From Deltaproteobacteria bacterium (lineage in GTDB: Bacteria > Myxococcota > Kuafuiibacteriia > Kuafuiibacteriales > Kuafuiibacteriaceae), in NCBI GenBank assembly GCA_040218735.1, contig JAVJQW010000064.1, positions 28,804 through 92,803 of the forward strand: a stretch of DNA of 64,000 bases, given 5' to 3'. The position numbers and the translations under genes are program-made. This document shows, piece by piece, positions 8,463 through 17,500 of the stretch. The notes under the pieces were generated by a model. It was not told where the DNA came from. It worked only from the letters and a program-made list of their open reading frames with translations, and searched no databases. Position 1 is the stretch's first letter. Every line of letters begins with the position of its first letter.

Positions 8463-10400
8463 GTGATTCGAGGGCGGTTCGTGGCGGGTCCCGACGAGAG
8501 GAAGTCCGAGCCGGCCGAGGCCGATGCGGAGGACCCCGTGCAGGCGCCGGAGCCCGCGAGCGGAGCCGAGGCGTCCGAGCCGGAGGGCGAGGAGCCCGGT
8601 CCGGGTCCCGGTTCCGGTCCGGGTCCCGAGTCCGCATCCGAGCCTGGCGAGGAGCCCGGTCCGGGTCCCGGTTCCGGTCCGGGTCCCGAGTCCGCATCCG
8701 AGCCTGGCGAGGAGCCCGGTCCGGGTCCCGGTTCCGGTCCGGGTCCCGAGTCAGAGTCCGTCTCCGAATCCGGGTCCGAGTCCGAATCCGAATCCGAATC
8801 CGAATCCGAATCCGAGTCCGGGTCCGAATCCGCGTCCGGGTCCGAACCCGGGTCCGAACCCGGGTCCGCGTCCGGATCCGACTCGGAGTCCGATTCGGAC
8901 TCGGTCACGGGATCGGACTCGGCTACGGAATCGGGCTCGGTGTCGGGCACGGAATCGGATTCGGACTCGGCCACGGAATCGGACACGGAATCGGCCACGG
9001 ACTCGGACTCGGACTCGGCCACGGACTCGGACTCCGCCACCGACTCCGCCACCGCCGCATCGGGACCGGGCCCGGGACCCGAACCGGGACCGGGCTCGGG
9101 CTCGCCTGAGGGCTCGCCCTCGAAGGAGACCCCCGCCGAGCAGGCCCAGCGCGAGGTCGAGGAGTTCCTGGGCCCCGACGTGCGCACGCCCGTCGGAATC
9201 CCCCGCGACTACAAACCCACCGACACCAGCATCCACGAGCTCTTCCGCGTGGAGCTGTCCGAGTTCGCGGGGCCGCTCGATCTCCTGCTGTACCTCATCC
9301 GCAAACACGAGCTCGACATCTTCGACATCCCGATCGCGTTCATCACGGATCGCTACGTCGCGATGATCGACGCGCTGCAGGCGCTCGAGGTCGACATCGC
9401 CGCGGACTTCCTCGTGATGGCAGCCGAGCTCACGCACATCAAGTCGAAGATGTTGCTCCCCGTGAAGGAGGGCGTCGCGGTCGAGGACGAAGAGGACGAG
9501 GGCGACCCGCGTGAAGAGCTCGTGCGGCGGCTGCTCGAGTACCAAAAGTACCGCGACGCTGCGCACCAGCTCGCCGACCGCGACCGGCTGGGGCGCGACG
9601 TCTTCGCACGCAACCCGCCGACGATCGAGCTGGTCGACGAGCTCGACCCGGGCCTCAAGAGCGTCAGCATCTTCAAGCTCGTCGAGCTGATGGCGAAGCT
9701 GCTTAGGCGCGCGCCGCCGGCGCACCACGAGATCTCGTTCGAGTCGGTCTCGATCGCGGAGCGCATCCACTACGTGATGGCGTTCGGCGAGGCGCGCGAG
9801 GGCAAGTTCACGCTGGTGCAGCTCCTCGACGGGATCCTCGCGCGGGCCGAGCTCATCGTGACGTTCATCGCCGTGCTCGAGATGACGAAGCTCGGCCTCA
9901 TCAAGATCCTCATGGAGGACCTCCCGTCCTGGCGCGCGTCGTCGCTCCCGAAGAAGGCCGACGTCGACGAAGACGACGAGGACGCGCCGCTGCCCGTGCC
10001 GCCGGCCGTCGAGGACGAGGACGACGCACCGGCCGTCGAGGACGACGTGGCCGCCGACGACGCAGCCGCAGACCAATCGACCGCAGACCAATCGACCGCA
10101 GACGACGCGGCCGCGGACGACGCGGCCGCAGACGACTCGACCGCGGACGACACGGCCGACGACGAGCCACCGCCCGTCGTCGACGACCACGCGGACGAAG
10201 GCAGCGCCGCAGCCGCGCGCCGGCTCGCCGACGAGCTCGACGCCGCCGCGCCGGAGCTCGAAGCGCTCTCCGAGATCAGCGCCGCGCCGCCCGCGGCGCC
10301 CAAGGCGACGACTCCGTGGGAGGACGAGCCCCTCCCCGAGATCTGGATTCACTTCACGGGCAAGCGCTTCGAGGGTGACATCCTCGACGACTATCAGTGA
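8463..10400 (+). CDS. scpA: Segregation and condensation protein A (kleisin) with long N-terminal and internal low-complexity regions
   Basis: [72 protein letters not shown]. Start uncertain (GTG 8463 after GGAGG, or GTG 8481). Confidence 0.9.
   Translation: MIRGRFVAGPDERKSEPAEADAEDPVQAPEPASGAEASEPEGEEPGPGPGSGPGPESASEPGEEPGPGPGSGPGPESASEPGEEPGPGPGSGPGPESESVSESGSESESESESESESESGSESASGSEPGSEPGSASGSDSESDSDSVTGSDSATESGSVSGTESDSDSATESDTESATDSDSDSATDSDSATDSATAASGPGPGPEPGPGSGSPEGSPSKETPAEQAQREVEEFLGPDVRTPVGIPRDYKPTDTSIHELFRVELSEFAGPLDLLLYLIRKHELDIFDIPIAFITDRYVAMIDALQALEVDIAADFLVMAAELTHIKSKMLLPVKEGVAVEDEEDEGDPREELVRRLLEYQKYRDAAHQLADRDRLGRDVFARNPPTIELVDELDPGLKSVSIFKLVELMAKLLRRAPPAHHEISFESVSIAERIHYVMAFGEAREGKFTLVQLLDGILARAELIVTFIAVLEMTKLGLIKILMEDLPSWRASSLPKKADVDEDDEDAPLPVPPAVEDEDDAPAVEDDVAADDAAADQSTADQSTADDAAADDAAADDSTADDTADDEPPPVVDDHADEGSAAAARRLADELDAAAPELEALSEISAAPPAAPKATTPWEDEPLPEIWIHFTGKRFEGDILDDYQ
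8586..8752 (+). repeat. 60-bp tandem repeat (~2.8 copies) inside scpA
   Basis: GGCGAGGAGCCCGGTCCGGGTCCCGGTTCCGGTCCGGGTCCCGAGTC recurs at 8586, 8646 and 8706 with no unique spacers. Confidence 0.9.
8753..9110. repeat. Hexamer arrays (TCCGAR)n then (TCGGAY)n, mutually complementary
   Basis: Ser-Glu repeats (TCC GAA/GAG) switch near 8880 to Ser-Asp repeats (TCG GAC/GAT), which are their reverse complement. Confidence 0.8.
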
Positions 10401-11362
10401 CGGCGTAGCCGCGCCTTCACGCGCGCCCCGAAGCCCTCGATCTCCTCCGGTCGGAAGAACGCCGGGAAGAACGCGAGCATCGCCCACGGGAAGATGCCGA
10501 GGTACATCGTCACGGCGAGCGACAGGTGAAAGCCGACGCCGATGAAGACGTAGACGTCACGCACCCGGAGCCGCTCGAACCACCGCCGCATGAACCCGCC
10601 GCGCTCCGCCGTCCGCCGGTAGTACGCCGCGAGGAGCACCACCGGCGCGCCCATCTCCCACGTGTGTGTGATGCCGGTCCCGACCTGCGTGAAGAAGTAC
10701 AGGACGGGGTGTTCGAGGAACGCGAAGCTCATCTTCGCGTAGATCGGATCCTGCAGGATCACGTACAGCGCGCCGTACCCGCCCCACGGGAACCACAGCG
10801 TCCCGCCCTTCGAAAAACCGGCCGCGCAGTACAACAGCACCAGCTGCCCCAGCACCAAGAACCGCGGCCACGCGGGCACCGGCTTGCCGTCGCCGCGCCA
10901 CGACCCGGTCTTGCGCCACGCGTCGAACGAGTACGCGGCCCCCGCCGCCGAGAACGAGAGGATCAACATCACGACGCGCACGGCGCGATCGATGCCGCGG
11001 TCGCCGTAGTCGTTCGCCATCGCGGACTGCGCGTAGACGAACACAAACACCAACCCCGAGGTGCGCGTGAAGCAGCCGACGCCGAACATCGTGATCGAGA
11101 CGAGGAGCACGACGTAGATCAGCGTCGCCGTCCCCGCGTCGAGCCCGAACCACTGGTAGATCACCGGCGGGTTCTGGTGGACGGCGGGGGAGATGCCGCC
11201 CTCCGAGACCGGCGCCCACAGCCAGTCCGACACGCCGAAGTAGCCGATCCACAGCAGGTCGGAGAGCATCACCGTCGCGAGCAGCACGCGGATCAACACG
11301 AGCGCCGTGGGCGACTCACGCTCGTCGAACGCCGCGACGATGCGCTGGACGAAGCGCTTCAT
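10394..11362 (-). CDS. HTTM-domain membrane protein (SdpB / vitamin K-dependent carboxylase-like)
   Basis: Multiple TM segments; LVLIRVLLA, GCFTR, YSFDAW, PAWPRFLVLGQLVLLYCAAGFSK, GVGFHLSLAVTMYLGIFPWAM. Confidence 0.8.
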   Translation of the reverse strand: MKRFVQRIVAAFDERESPTALVLIRVLLATVMLSDLLWIGYFGVSDWLWAPVSEGGISPAVHQNPPVIYQWFGLDAGTATLIYVVLLVSITMFGVGCFTRTSGLVFVFVYAQSAMANDYGDRGIDRAVRVVMLILSFSAAGAAYSFDAWRKTGSWRGDGKPVPAWPRFLVLGQLVLLYCAAGFSKGGTLWFPWGGYGALYVILQDPIYAKMSFAFLEHPVLYFFTQVGTGITHTWEMGAPVVLLAAYYRRTAERGGFMRRWFERLRVRDVYVFIGVGFHLSLAVTMYLGIFPWAMLAFFPAFFRPEEIEGFGARVKARLRRH

Positions 11363-12075
11363 GACTTCGGCCTCGTGAACGTACGGACGTAGCGCTCCTC
11401 CGCGGTGGGGTCCTTCGGTTTACCGGGGAGCGTGGTGTGCGTCTGGATCATCGAGATGATCACTTCGTCGGCGTCCGGGAACTCCTCGAAGACCATCGCG
11501 CTCACGTTGCGCGCGAAGCCATCGTAGGTGCCGGGTGCGTAGAGGTTGCCGGGGTTGAACGACCCGCGGATGCGGCGGAAGCGGAAGAGCGCGTCGTTCC
11601 AGTCGTGTTCGTCGCTCGCGGTGCGGTAGAGCACGCGCCGCTCCCCGCCGAACGACGCGACGATCTGCAGCGAGAACGGCCGCTCGTCCGGCATCCCGAA
11701 GAGGCGCCAACCCTGGTGGGTCTTCGTCCACGCCTGCACGGGCCCGATCGGCGCGACGACCGTGCGTTTGATCCCTTCGAGGTCCTTCGCGAGGTCGACG
11801 TACCACTGCGCGAGCTCGTCCGGCTCGACCTCGATGCCCCAGCCGTCGAGGATCTTCACCCACCGCAGCAGCTCGGCGCGGTTCGTCTTCAGGTTGATCT
11901 TCTGCATCGTGACGTTCCCCGGCGTCGGCACGGCCGACAGCACCGAGAACACGATGAAGAACGAGAGGATCGCGGCGCGCAGCGGCGGCCACCACCGCGG
12001 CGAAGAGGGATCCGGCGCCCCCTCGACGGGGGCCGCGGACGGGCCCGCCTTTCGACGCCGGCGCTTCTTCGCCAC
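11359..12075 (-). CDS. Single-TM partner of the HTTM protein (SdpA/DUF5819-like)
   Basis: Basic N-terminus, one TM helix, QGWRLFGMP motif; ATGA-coupled to the HTTM gene. Confidence 0.65.
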   Translation of the reverse strand: MAKKRRRRKAGPSAAPVEGAPDPSSPRWWPPLRAAILSFFIVFSVLSAVPTPGNVTMQKINLKTNRAELLRWVKILDGWGIEVEPDELAQWYVDLAKDLEGIKRTVVAPIGPVQAWTKTHQGWRLFGMPDERPFSLQIVASFGGERRVLYRTASDEHDWNDALFRFRRIRGSFNPGNLYAPGTYDGFARNVSAMVFEEFPDADEVIISMIQTHTTLPGKPKDPTAEERYVRTFTRPKS

Positions 12076-12106
12076 GCCCGGACGCTAGCGCGAACGTCGG
12101 CGCGCG

Positions 12107-13309
12107 TCAGTCGGCGAATCGCGTCGTGATGTGCGGCTTGTTCTCGAGCGTCCGGTGCACGGGGCAGCGGTTCGCGATCTCCAGGAGGCGCGCGCGCTGG
12201 GCTTCGTCGAGGGGGCCCTCCAGCCGAATCGCCCGCGTGATGCGCTCAATGCGGCCCTCCTTCTGCTCACACTCCTCGCAGTCCTTCGCGTGCATCCGCT
12301 CGTGTTTCAGGTCCACCGCGACCCGCTCCAGCGGCCACTCTTTTCTTCGCGCGTACATCTGGAGCGTCATCGACGTGCAGGCGCCGAGCCCGGCGAGGAG
12401 CAGGTCGTACGGCGAGCCCCCGAGGTCGGCGCCGCCCACCGACTCGGGCTCGTCCGCGAGCAGGTGGTGATGCCCCATCGTCACCGCCTGGGTGAGGTGC
12501 CCGACCGACTGAACGCGCACCTCGCCGTGCGGCATCGTCTCCTCCTCGGGCGGCGCCGGGAGGTACCGCGACGCCCACGCGGCGATCGCCCGCCCCACGT
12601 ACTGCGAGTCGCGCGGCCGCGACAGCAGGTGGTCCGCGCCGTCGAGCGCGATGAAGCTCTTCGGGTGCATCGCGCTCGTGTAGATCTTCCGCGCTTCGTC
12701 GATCGAGACCAGCTCGTCGAGCGGTGCGTGCAGGATGAGGAGCGCGCGTCGGAGGCGGTGCACCCGCTCGCTCGTTCGCTGCTCGTCGAGGTCCTCCACG
12801 AACTGCTTCTTGATCGTGAACTGCCGCCCCGCCAGCGTGACCTCGGCGCGCCCGTCGCGCGTGATGTCGTCGAGCTCCCCGGCGAACAGGTTCTTCACGT
12901 GCGCCGGATCCGCGGGGGCGCCGATCGTCACGACCGCCTTCACCGAGGGGAGCTGCTCCGCCGCCGCGAGGACCGCCGCGCCACCGAGGCTGTGACCGAC
13001 GAGGAGCTGCGGCGCAGCGTACGCCGCCTCCAGCGCGGCGGCGGCCGCGACGAGGTCCTCGACGTTCGAGGAGAAGTTCGTGTTCGCAAAGTCACCGTCG
13101 CTGTTCCCGAGCCCCGTGAAGTCGAACCGCAGCACCGCGATCCCCTCCGCGACGAGCGCGCGCGAGATTCGCGAAGCGGCCGCGATGTCCTTGCTGCACG
13201 TGAAGCAGTGCGCGAACAGCGCGTAGGCCGTGGGCGGGGTCGCCGGGGTCTCCAGTCGTCCGGCGAGGCGGTGCTCGCCGCTGTCGAAGTCGAAGCGCTC
13301 GTTGGGCAT
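12107..13309 (-). CDS. Bifunctional alpha/beta hydrolase - OsmC family protein
   Basis: [30 protein letters not shown]; OsmC part [35 protein letters not shown]. Confidence 0.93.
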   Translation of the reverse strand: MPNERFDFDSGEHRLAGRLETPATPPTAYALFAHCFTCSKDIAAASRISRALVAEGIAVLRFDFTGLGNSDGDFANTNFSSNVEDLVAAAAALEAAYAAPQLLVGHSLGGAAVLAAAEQLPSVKAVVTIGAPADPAHVKNLFAGELDDITRDGRAEVTLAGRQFTIKKQFVEDLDEQRTSERVHRLRRALLILHAPLDELVSIDEARKIYTSAMHPKSFIALDGADHLLSRPRDSQYVGRAIAAWASRYLPAPPEEETMPHGEVRVQSVGHLTQAVTMGHHHLLADEPESVGGADLGGSPYDLLLAGLGACTSMTLQMYARRKEWPLERVAVDLKHERMHAKDCEECEQKEGRIERITRAIRLEGPLDEAQRARLLEIANRCPVHRTLENKPHITTRFAD

Positions 13310-13350
13310 GTCGCGACCCTAACACCTGACGAACGGGTTAATCTCCCGGC

Positions 13351-13767
13351 GTGCTGAATCCGGAGTCGTGCCCGCAGTGCGGCGGTGCGCTCGAGGGCGC
13401 GCAGGGGCAGGTGTTCGTCGCGTGCCCGTTCTGCGGCGTGGAGCTCACGCGGACGCTGTCGCCGATCGAGTCGATGAAGCGCGCGCTCGAGAAACGCGCG
13501 TCAGTGGAACCGAAGATGAACGCGTTGATGGGCGTCTACGCCGAGCACCTCGGCGCCGGCCGCAAGGCGAGGGCGCTCGAGTACTACGAGTGCTTTCAGT
13601 ACCTCGTGCTCTACACCGCGTACGAGGTGGAGGACCTCGACGAGCTCGAAGCGATGGCGACCCCGCTGATGCGGGACGTCGCACGTCAGCTCGACGTCGC
13701 CTACGAGCCCCCGCACGCCCGCGGCGTGCGCATCACGTTCGAGACGATCGATCGCCTACTCGAGTGA
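13351..13767 (+). CDS. Zinc-ribbon hypothetical protein
   Basis: CPQCGG...CPFCG at the N-terminus, helical remainder; overlaps the end of the convergent nei gene. Confidence 0.7.
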   Translation: MLNPESCPQCGGALEGAQGQVFVACPFCGVELTRTLSPIESMKRALEKRASVEPKMNALMGVYAEHLGAGRKARALEYYECFQYLVLYTAYEVEDLDELEAMATPLMRDVARQLDVAYEPPHARGVRITFETIDRLLE

Positions 13768-14550
13768 GACGCCCTGGCAGTGCGGGCAGAAGTACGTCGA
13801 CCGCATCTGCGCGCCCTGACGTTTCATGCGCACGGTGCGCCCGCACGCGCGGCACGGCTTTCCGCTGCGGCCGTAGACCCACTCGTAGCCGGGATCGAGC
13901 GCGAAGCGTGTGCGTCGCTTGCCGCCGGTGAGGTTCTTCTTCAGCAGCTCGGCGGCGCGGTGGACGACGCGAAGGAGCGTCGCGTCGTCGAGCGTGTGCA
14001 CCGGGACGAACGGGTCCACGCGCTCGATGAACAACACCTCCGCCTTGTAGACGTTGCCGATGCCCGCGACGATCGATTGGTTCATCACCGCGACGCCGAT
14101 CGGGTCGTCGTCGTGTCGTCGGAAGCGTTGGATGATCACGTCGTCGACGAGCGCGTCCGCGATGAGGTCCGGGCCGAGCTCGACGAGCGGCGGATACGCG
14201 CGGAGCTGAAACGGCGTGAGCAGCGCGACCACCGGCGCGTCGAAACACACCGCGACGTAACGCGCGGTGTGGAGCGCGACACGTGCGCGGTGGGCGCCGA
14301 CCTTCCAGCGCTCGCCGGTTCGGTACACGTGCCAGCTCCCCTCCATCTTCATGTGTGAATGCAGGCAGCGCCCGTCGTCGAGCTCGATGAGGAGGTTCTT
14401 CCCGCGCGCGTAGACGCGGGCGACGTCGTGCCCGTCGAGGTCGGCGTCGGCGAGCTTGGGGAGCGGGGACTCGAAGGCGGTGATCTTCGCGCCCTCGATC
14501 GCGCGCCGCAGGGTGTTCGCAGTGCGGTGGATCGTGTCGCCCTCAGGCAC
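13756..14550 (-). CDS. nei: Fpg/Nei family DNA glycosylase (endonuclease VIII-like)
   Basis: N-terminal PEG, RGKNLL, HMKMEGSW, H2TH motif AGIGNVYKAEVLF, C-terminal zinc finger CRAC...CPHCQ. Confidence 0.92.
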   Translation of the reverse strand: MPEGDTIHRTANTLRRAIEGAKITAFESPLPKLADADLDGHDVARVYARGKNLLIELDDGRCLHSHMKMEGSWHVYRTGERWKVGAHRARVALHTARYVAVCFDAPVVALLTPFQLRAYPPLVELGPDLIADALVDDVIIQRFRRHDDDPIGVAVMNQSIVAGIGNVYKAEVLFIERVDPFVPVHTLDDATLLRVVHRAAELLKKNLTGGKRRTRFALDPGYEWVYGRSGKPCRACGRTVRMKRQGAQMRSTYFCPHCQGVSLE

Positions 14551-17500
14551 GCGACAGCCTCCGCCTCAACAGAAAGCCGCGGCTCGACGCCGAGAACCCC
14601 GCCTCCGCGAAGCGTGGCGCGAGCTCGGAGGCGGACGGCTCGTCGCCGTCGATCTTCGACACGAGCAGCGCGCGCCGGTCCCCATTCGTCACCAGCTCTG
14701 CGAGGGCCGCGACGAGCTGCCGCGCCGCCCCGGTGCGCTCCGGATCGCGCGGCGGGAGGAACGTGAGCAGCGACTTCTCGGTGCGCCCGACGTACGCGAG
14801 CAGGCGCCCGTTCGACAGCACCACGTGCGCGCCCGCGGCGCGTTGCGGTCGTGCGCCTTCGCGCTCCGGCCACGGGAGCATCGTGCCGTACGGGTTCGCC
14901 GGGTCCGTCGCCGCGAGGACGAGCGTGGTGACTTCTTCGGGGGCGTCGCGGAAACCGCGCAGCCGATCTTCGGCGCCCAGGAGCGCGAACTGCGTCGCGC
15001 CGAGCCCGTCGACGAAGTACCCGCGGCGAATCTTGCCGGACTCCTCCATCGCCTTGAGCACGGTGTAGACCGCGGAGAAGCCGCCGGTGACGTTCTCCGC
15101 GTGCACCGCCTCACGCACGAGGACGCCGTAGCGTTCGAGGAGCTGCCGCGCGAGCGCCGTCTTCTGCGCGGTGGGGGTGACGTCGGCGGCGCGGAGCAGC
15201 GACCACCGCCCCTCCGTGCCCGGCGGACCGAGCCGCCGCGATCGGAAGGAGCGCCCCGGGCGCCCGCGGGACTTCGACGTCTTCTTCCCGCCGACGAAGC
15301 TCCGCAGCGGCGCCACCGTGTCGTTCGTGACCTCGCCCGCCCAGACCAACGCCCAGATCGCGGACACCAGATCCGCGGGGAACGCGCCGGTGGCCTTGGC
15401 GAGGTCCGAGTAGAACAGCGCCCCACGCTCCGCGAGCAACGCGCGCACCCGCTCCGCGAGCTCCCCCTCCGCGGCGGTGATCGGCGTCGCGAGCGCGGGG
15501 TAGTGATCGGTGAGGTACAGCGCGACGCGCCCGTCGTTCACGCCGAGCGGCTCGTGCCCCCGCCAAACGATCTCGCCGGCCGCGCACAGCTCGTCGAGCA
15601 TCGACGGCGTGTACTTCGCGACGCGCGCCGGGAGGATCTCCGACTCCAACACCGACGCGGGGATCGGCGCCCCCTGCAGCTGCTCCACCGCGGACAACAC
15701 GCCGTCCAACCCGCGCTGCGGGCGCGCGACGCTCTGCCAGTCCACGAGGAACCGCGCGAGCGCGTCGCCCTCGACCGGTTCGACTTGCCGCCGCAGCTTC
15801 GCGAGTGACTGCCGCTTCAATGCGCGCAGCACGTCCTTGTCGACCCACTCCGTCCCGCGCCCGCCCGGGATGAACTCCCCCTCCAGCACGCGGTCCTGCT
15901 CCGCGAGCCGCAGCAGCGCCGCGCGAACGGGCGCGACGCCGATGCCGAAGCGATCTGCGACGCTCTCCGCCGTGAACGGCGCGTGCGTGCGCGCGTACCG
16001 CGCGACGAGCTCTTCGAGCGGATCACCGACGGTCTCTAGGAACGCCTCGGGGAGCCCCGGCGGCGGCATCACGCCCAGCGCGTCGCGGAGCTTGGCGATG
16101 TCCTCCGCCGCGGCCCAGCGACGCTCGTTGGCGATCGTCACCTCGACGATCCGGCGCGTCCGCTTCAGCTCGGGGAGCCACTCGTCGACCGCCCCCTCGG
16201 CGCGCGCGCGGATGTCGTCGGTGGTGAGGTCACCGATCGACAGCAACAGATCGTGCACGCCGTCCGCGTGTTTGATCGGGTAGGGCGAGTCGAGCCGCTG
16301 CAGGCGGAGCTCGAGCTGTTCGAGGACGTCGCCGTCGAGGAGCTCGCGGAGCTCGGCTTCACCGAGGAGCTCCGCGAGCTGCGCGTGGTCGATCGACAGC
16401 GCCTGCGCGCGGCGCTCCGCGAGGGGGGCGTCGCCGTCGTAGATGAAGTTCGCGACGTACGAGAACAGCAGGTTCGCGGCGAACGGCGACGGCGTCTTCG
16501 TCTGCACCGTCTTCACGCGCACCTTCCGCGACGCGACGTTCCGCATCAGCTCGGTCAGCGCGGTGATGTCGAAGACGTCGCGCAGGCACTCGCGGTACGT
16601 CTCGAGGATGATCGGGAACTGCGGGAACTCGGACGCGACGGACAACAGATCCGCCGACCGGCGACGCTGCGCCCACAGCGGCGTGCGCTTCTGCGGGTGT
16701 TTCTTCGGGAGCAGCAGCGACCGCCCCGCGTTCTCGCGGAAACGCGCCGCGAACAGCGACGTGGAGCCGAGCTGACGCACGACGAGATCTTCGAGGTCGT
16801 CCGGCGCGGGGAAGAAGTCCTCCGGCTCCGGCGGCGCGTCGGCCTCCGGGAGGCGGAAGACGATGCCGTCGTCCGCCCACATCAGATCGACCTGGCCGCC
16901 GGTGTCCGCTTCGAGCTTGCCGAGCACGGCCGTCGCCCACGGCGCGTGCACACGCGCGCCGAACGGCGAGAGGATGCAGACGCGCCAGTCGCCGACCTCG
17001 TCGACGAAGCGTTCGAACACGATCGTGCGATCGCTCGGCACCTCGTCGGTGACCTCGACCTGCTCCGCGAGGAACTGCACGAGGTTCTGCGCGGCGAGGC
17101 GGTCGAGGCGGTGCTCCTCCTCCAGGTGGGTGATCGCTTCGCCGTCCTTCATGCGCGCGACCTTCCGCGCGAGCGCGCCGATCGCCGCGCCGAGCTCCGC
17201 CGGTCGACCGGGGCGGTCGCCGTGCCAGAACGGCATCTTCCCCGGCTCCCCGGGGGCCGGGCTCACGAGGACCTTGTCGTGGTCGATGTCCTCGATGCGC
17301 CACGACGACGCGCCGAGGAGGAAGACGTCGCCGGTGCGCGACTCGAAGACCATCTCCTCGTCCAGCTCGCCGACGCGTCGGCTCTTCTTCGTCTCGTCGC
17401 CCGCGAGGAAGACGCCGTACAGGCCGCGGTCGGGGATGGTGCCGCCGTTGACGATCGCGACGCGTTTGCTGCCGCGACGCGCTTCGACGATCCCCGCGAC

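Noticed and set aside
8586-8752. 60-bp repeats as a CRISPR array
   Set aside because: Head-to-tail copies without unique spacers, period a multiple of 3 inside a CDS, and no cas genes in the window.
8387-9187. 266-aa N-terminal extension of the CoA ligase shown in the ORF track
   Set aside because: It is the antisense reading of the scpA palindrome. The ligase has a good ATG at 8386 with a -10 box just upstream.
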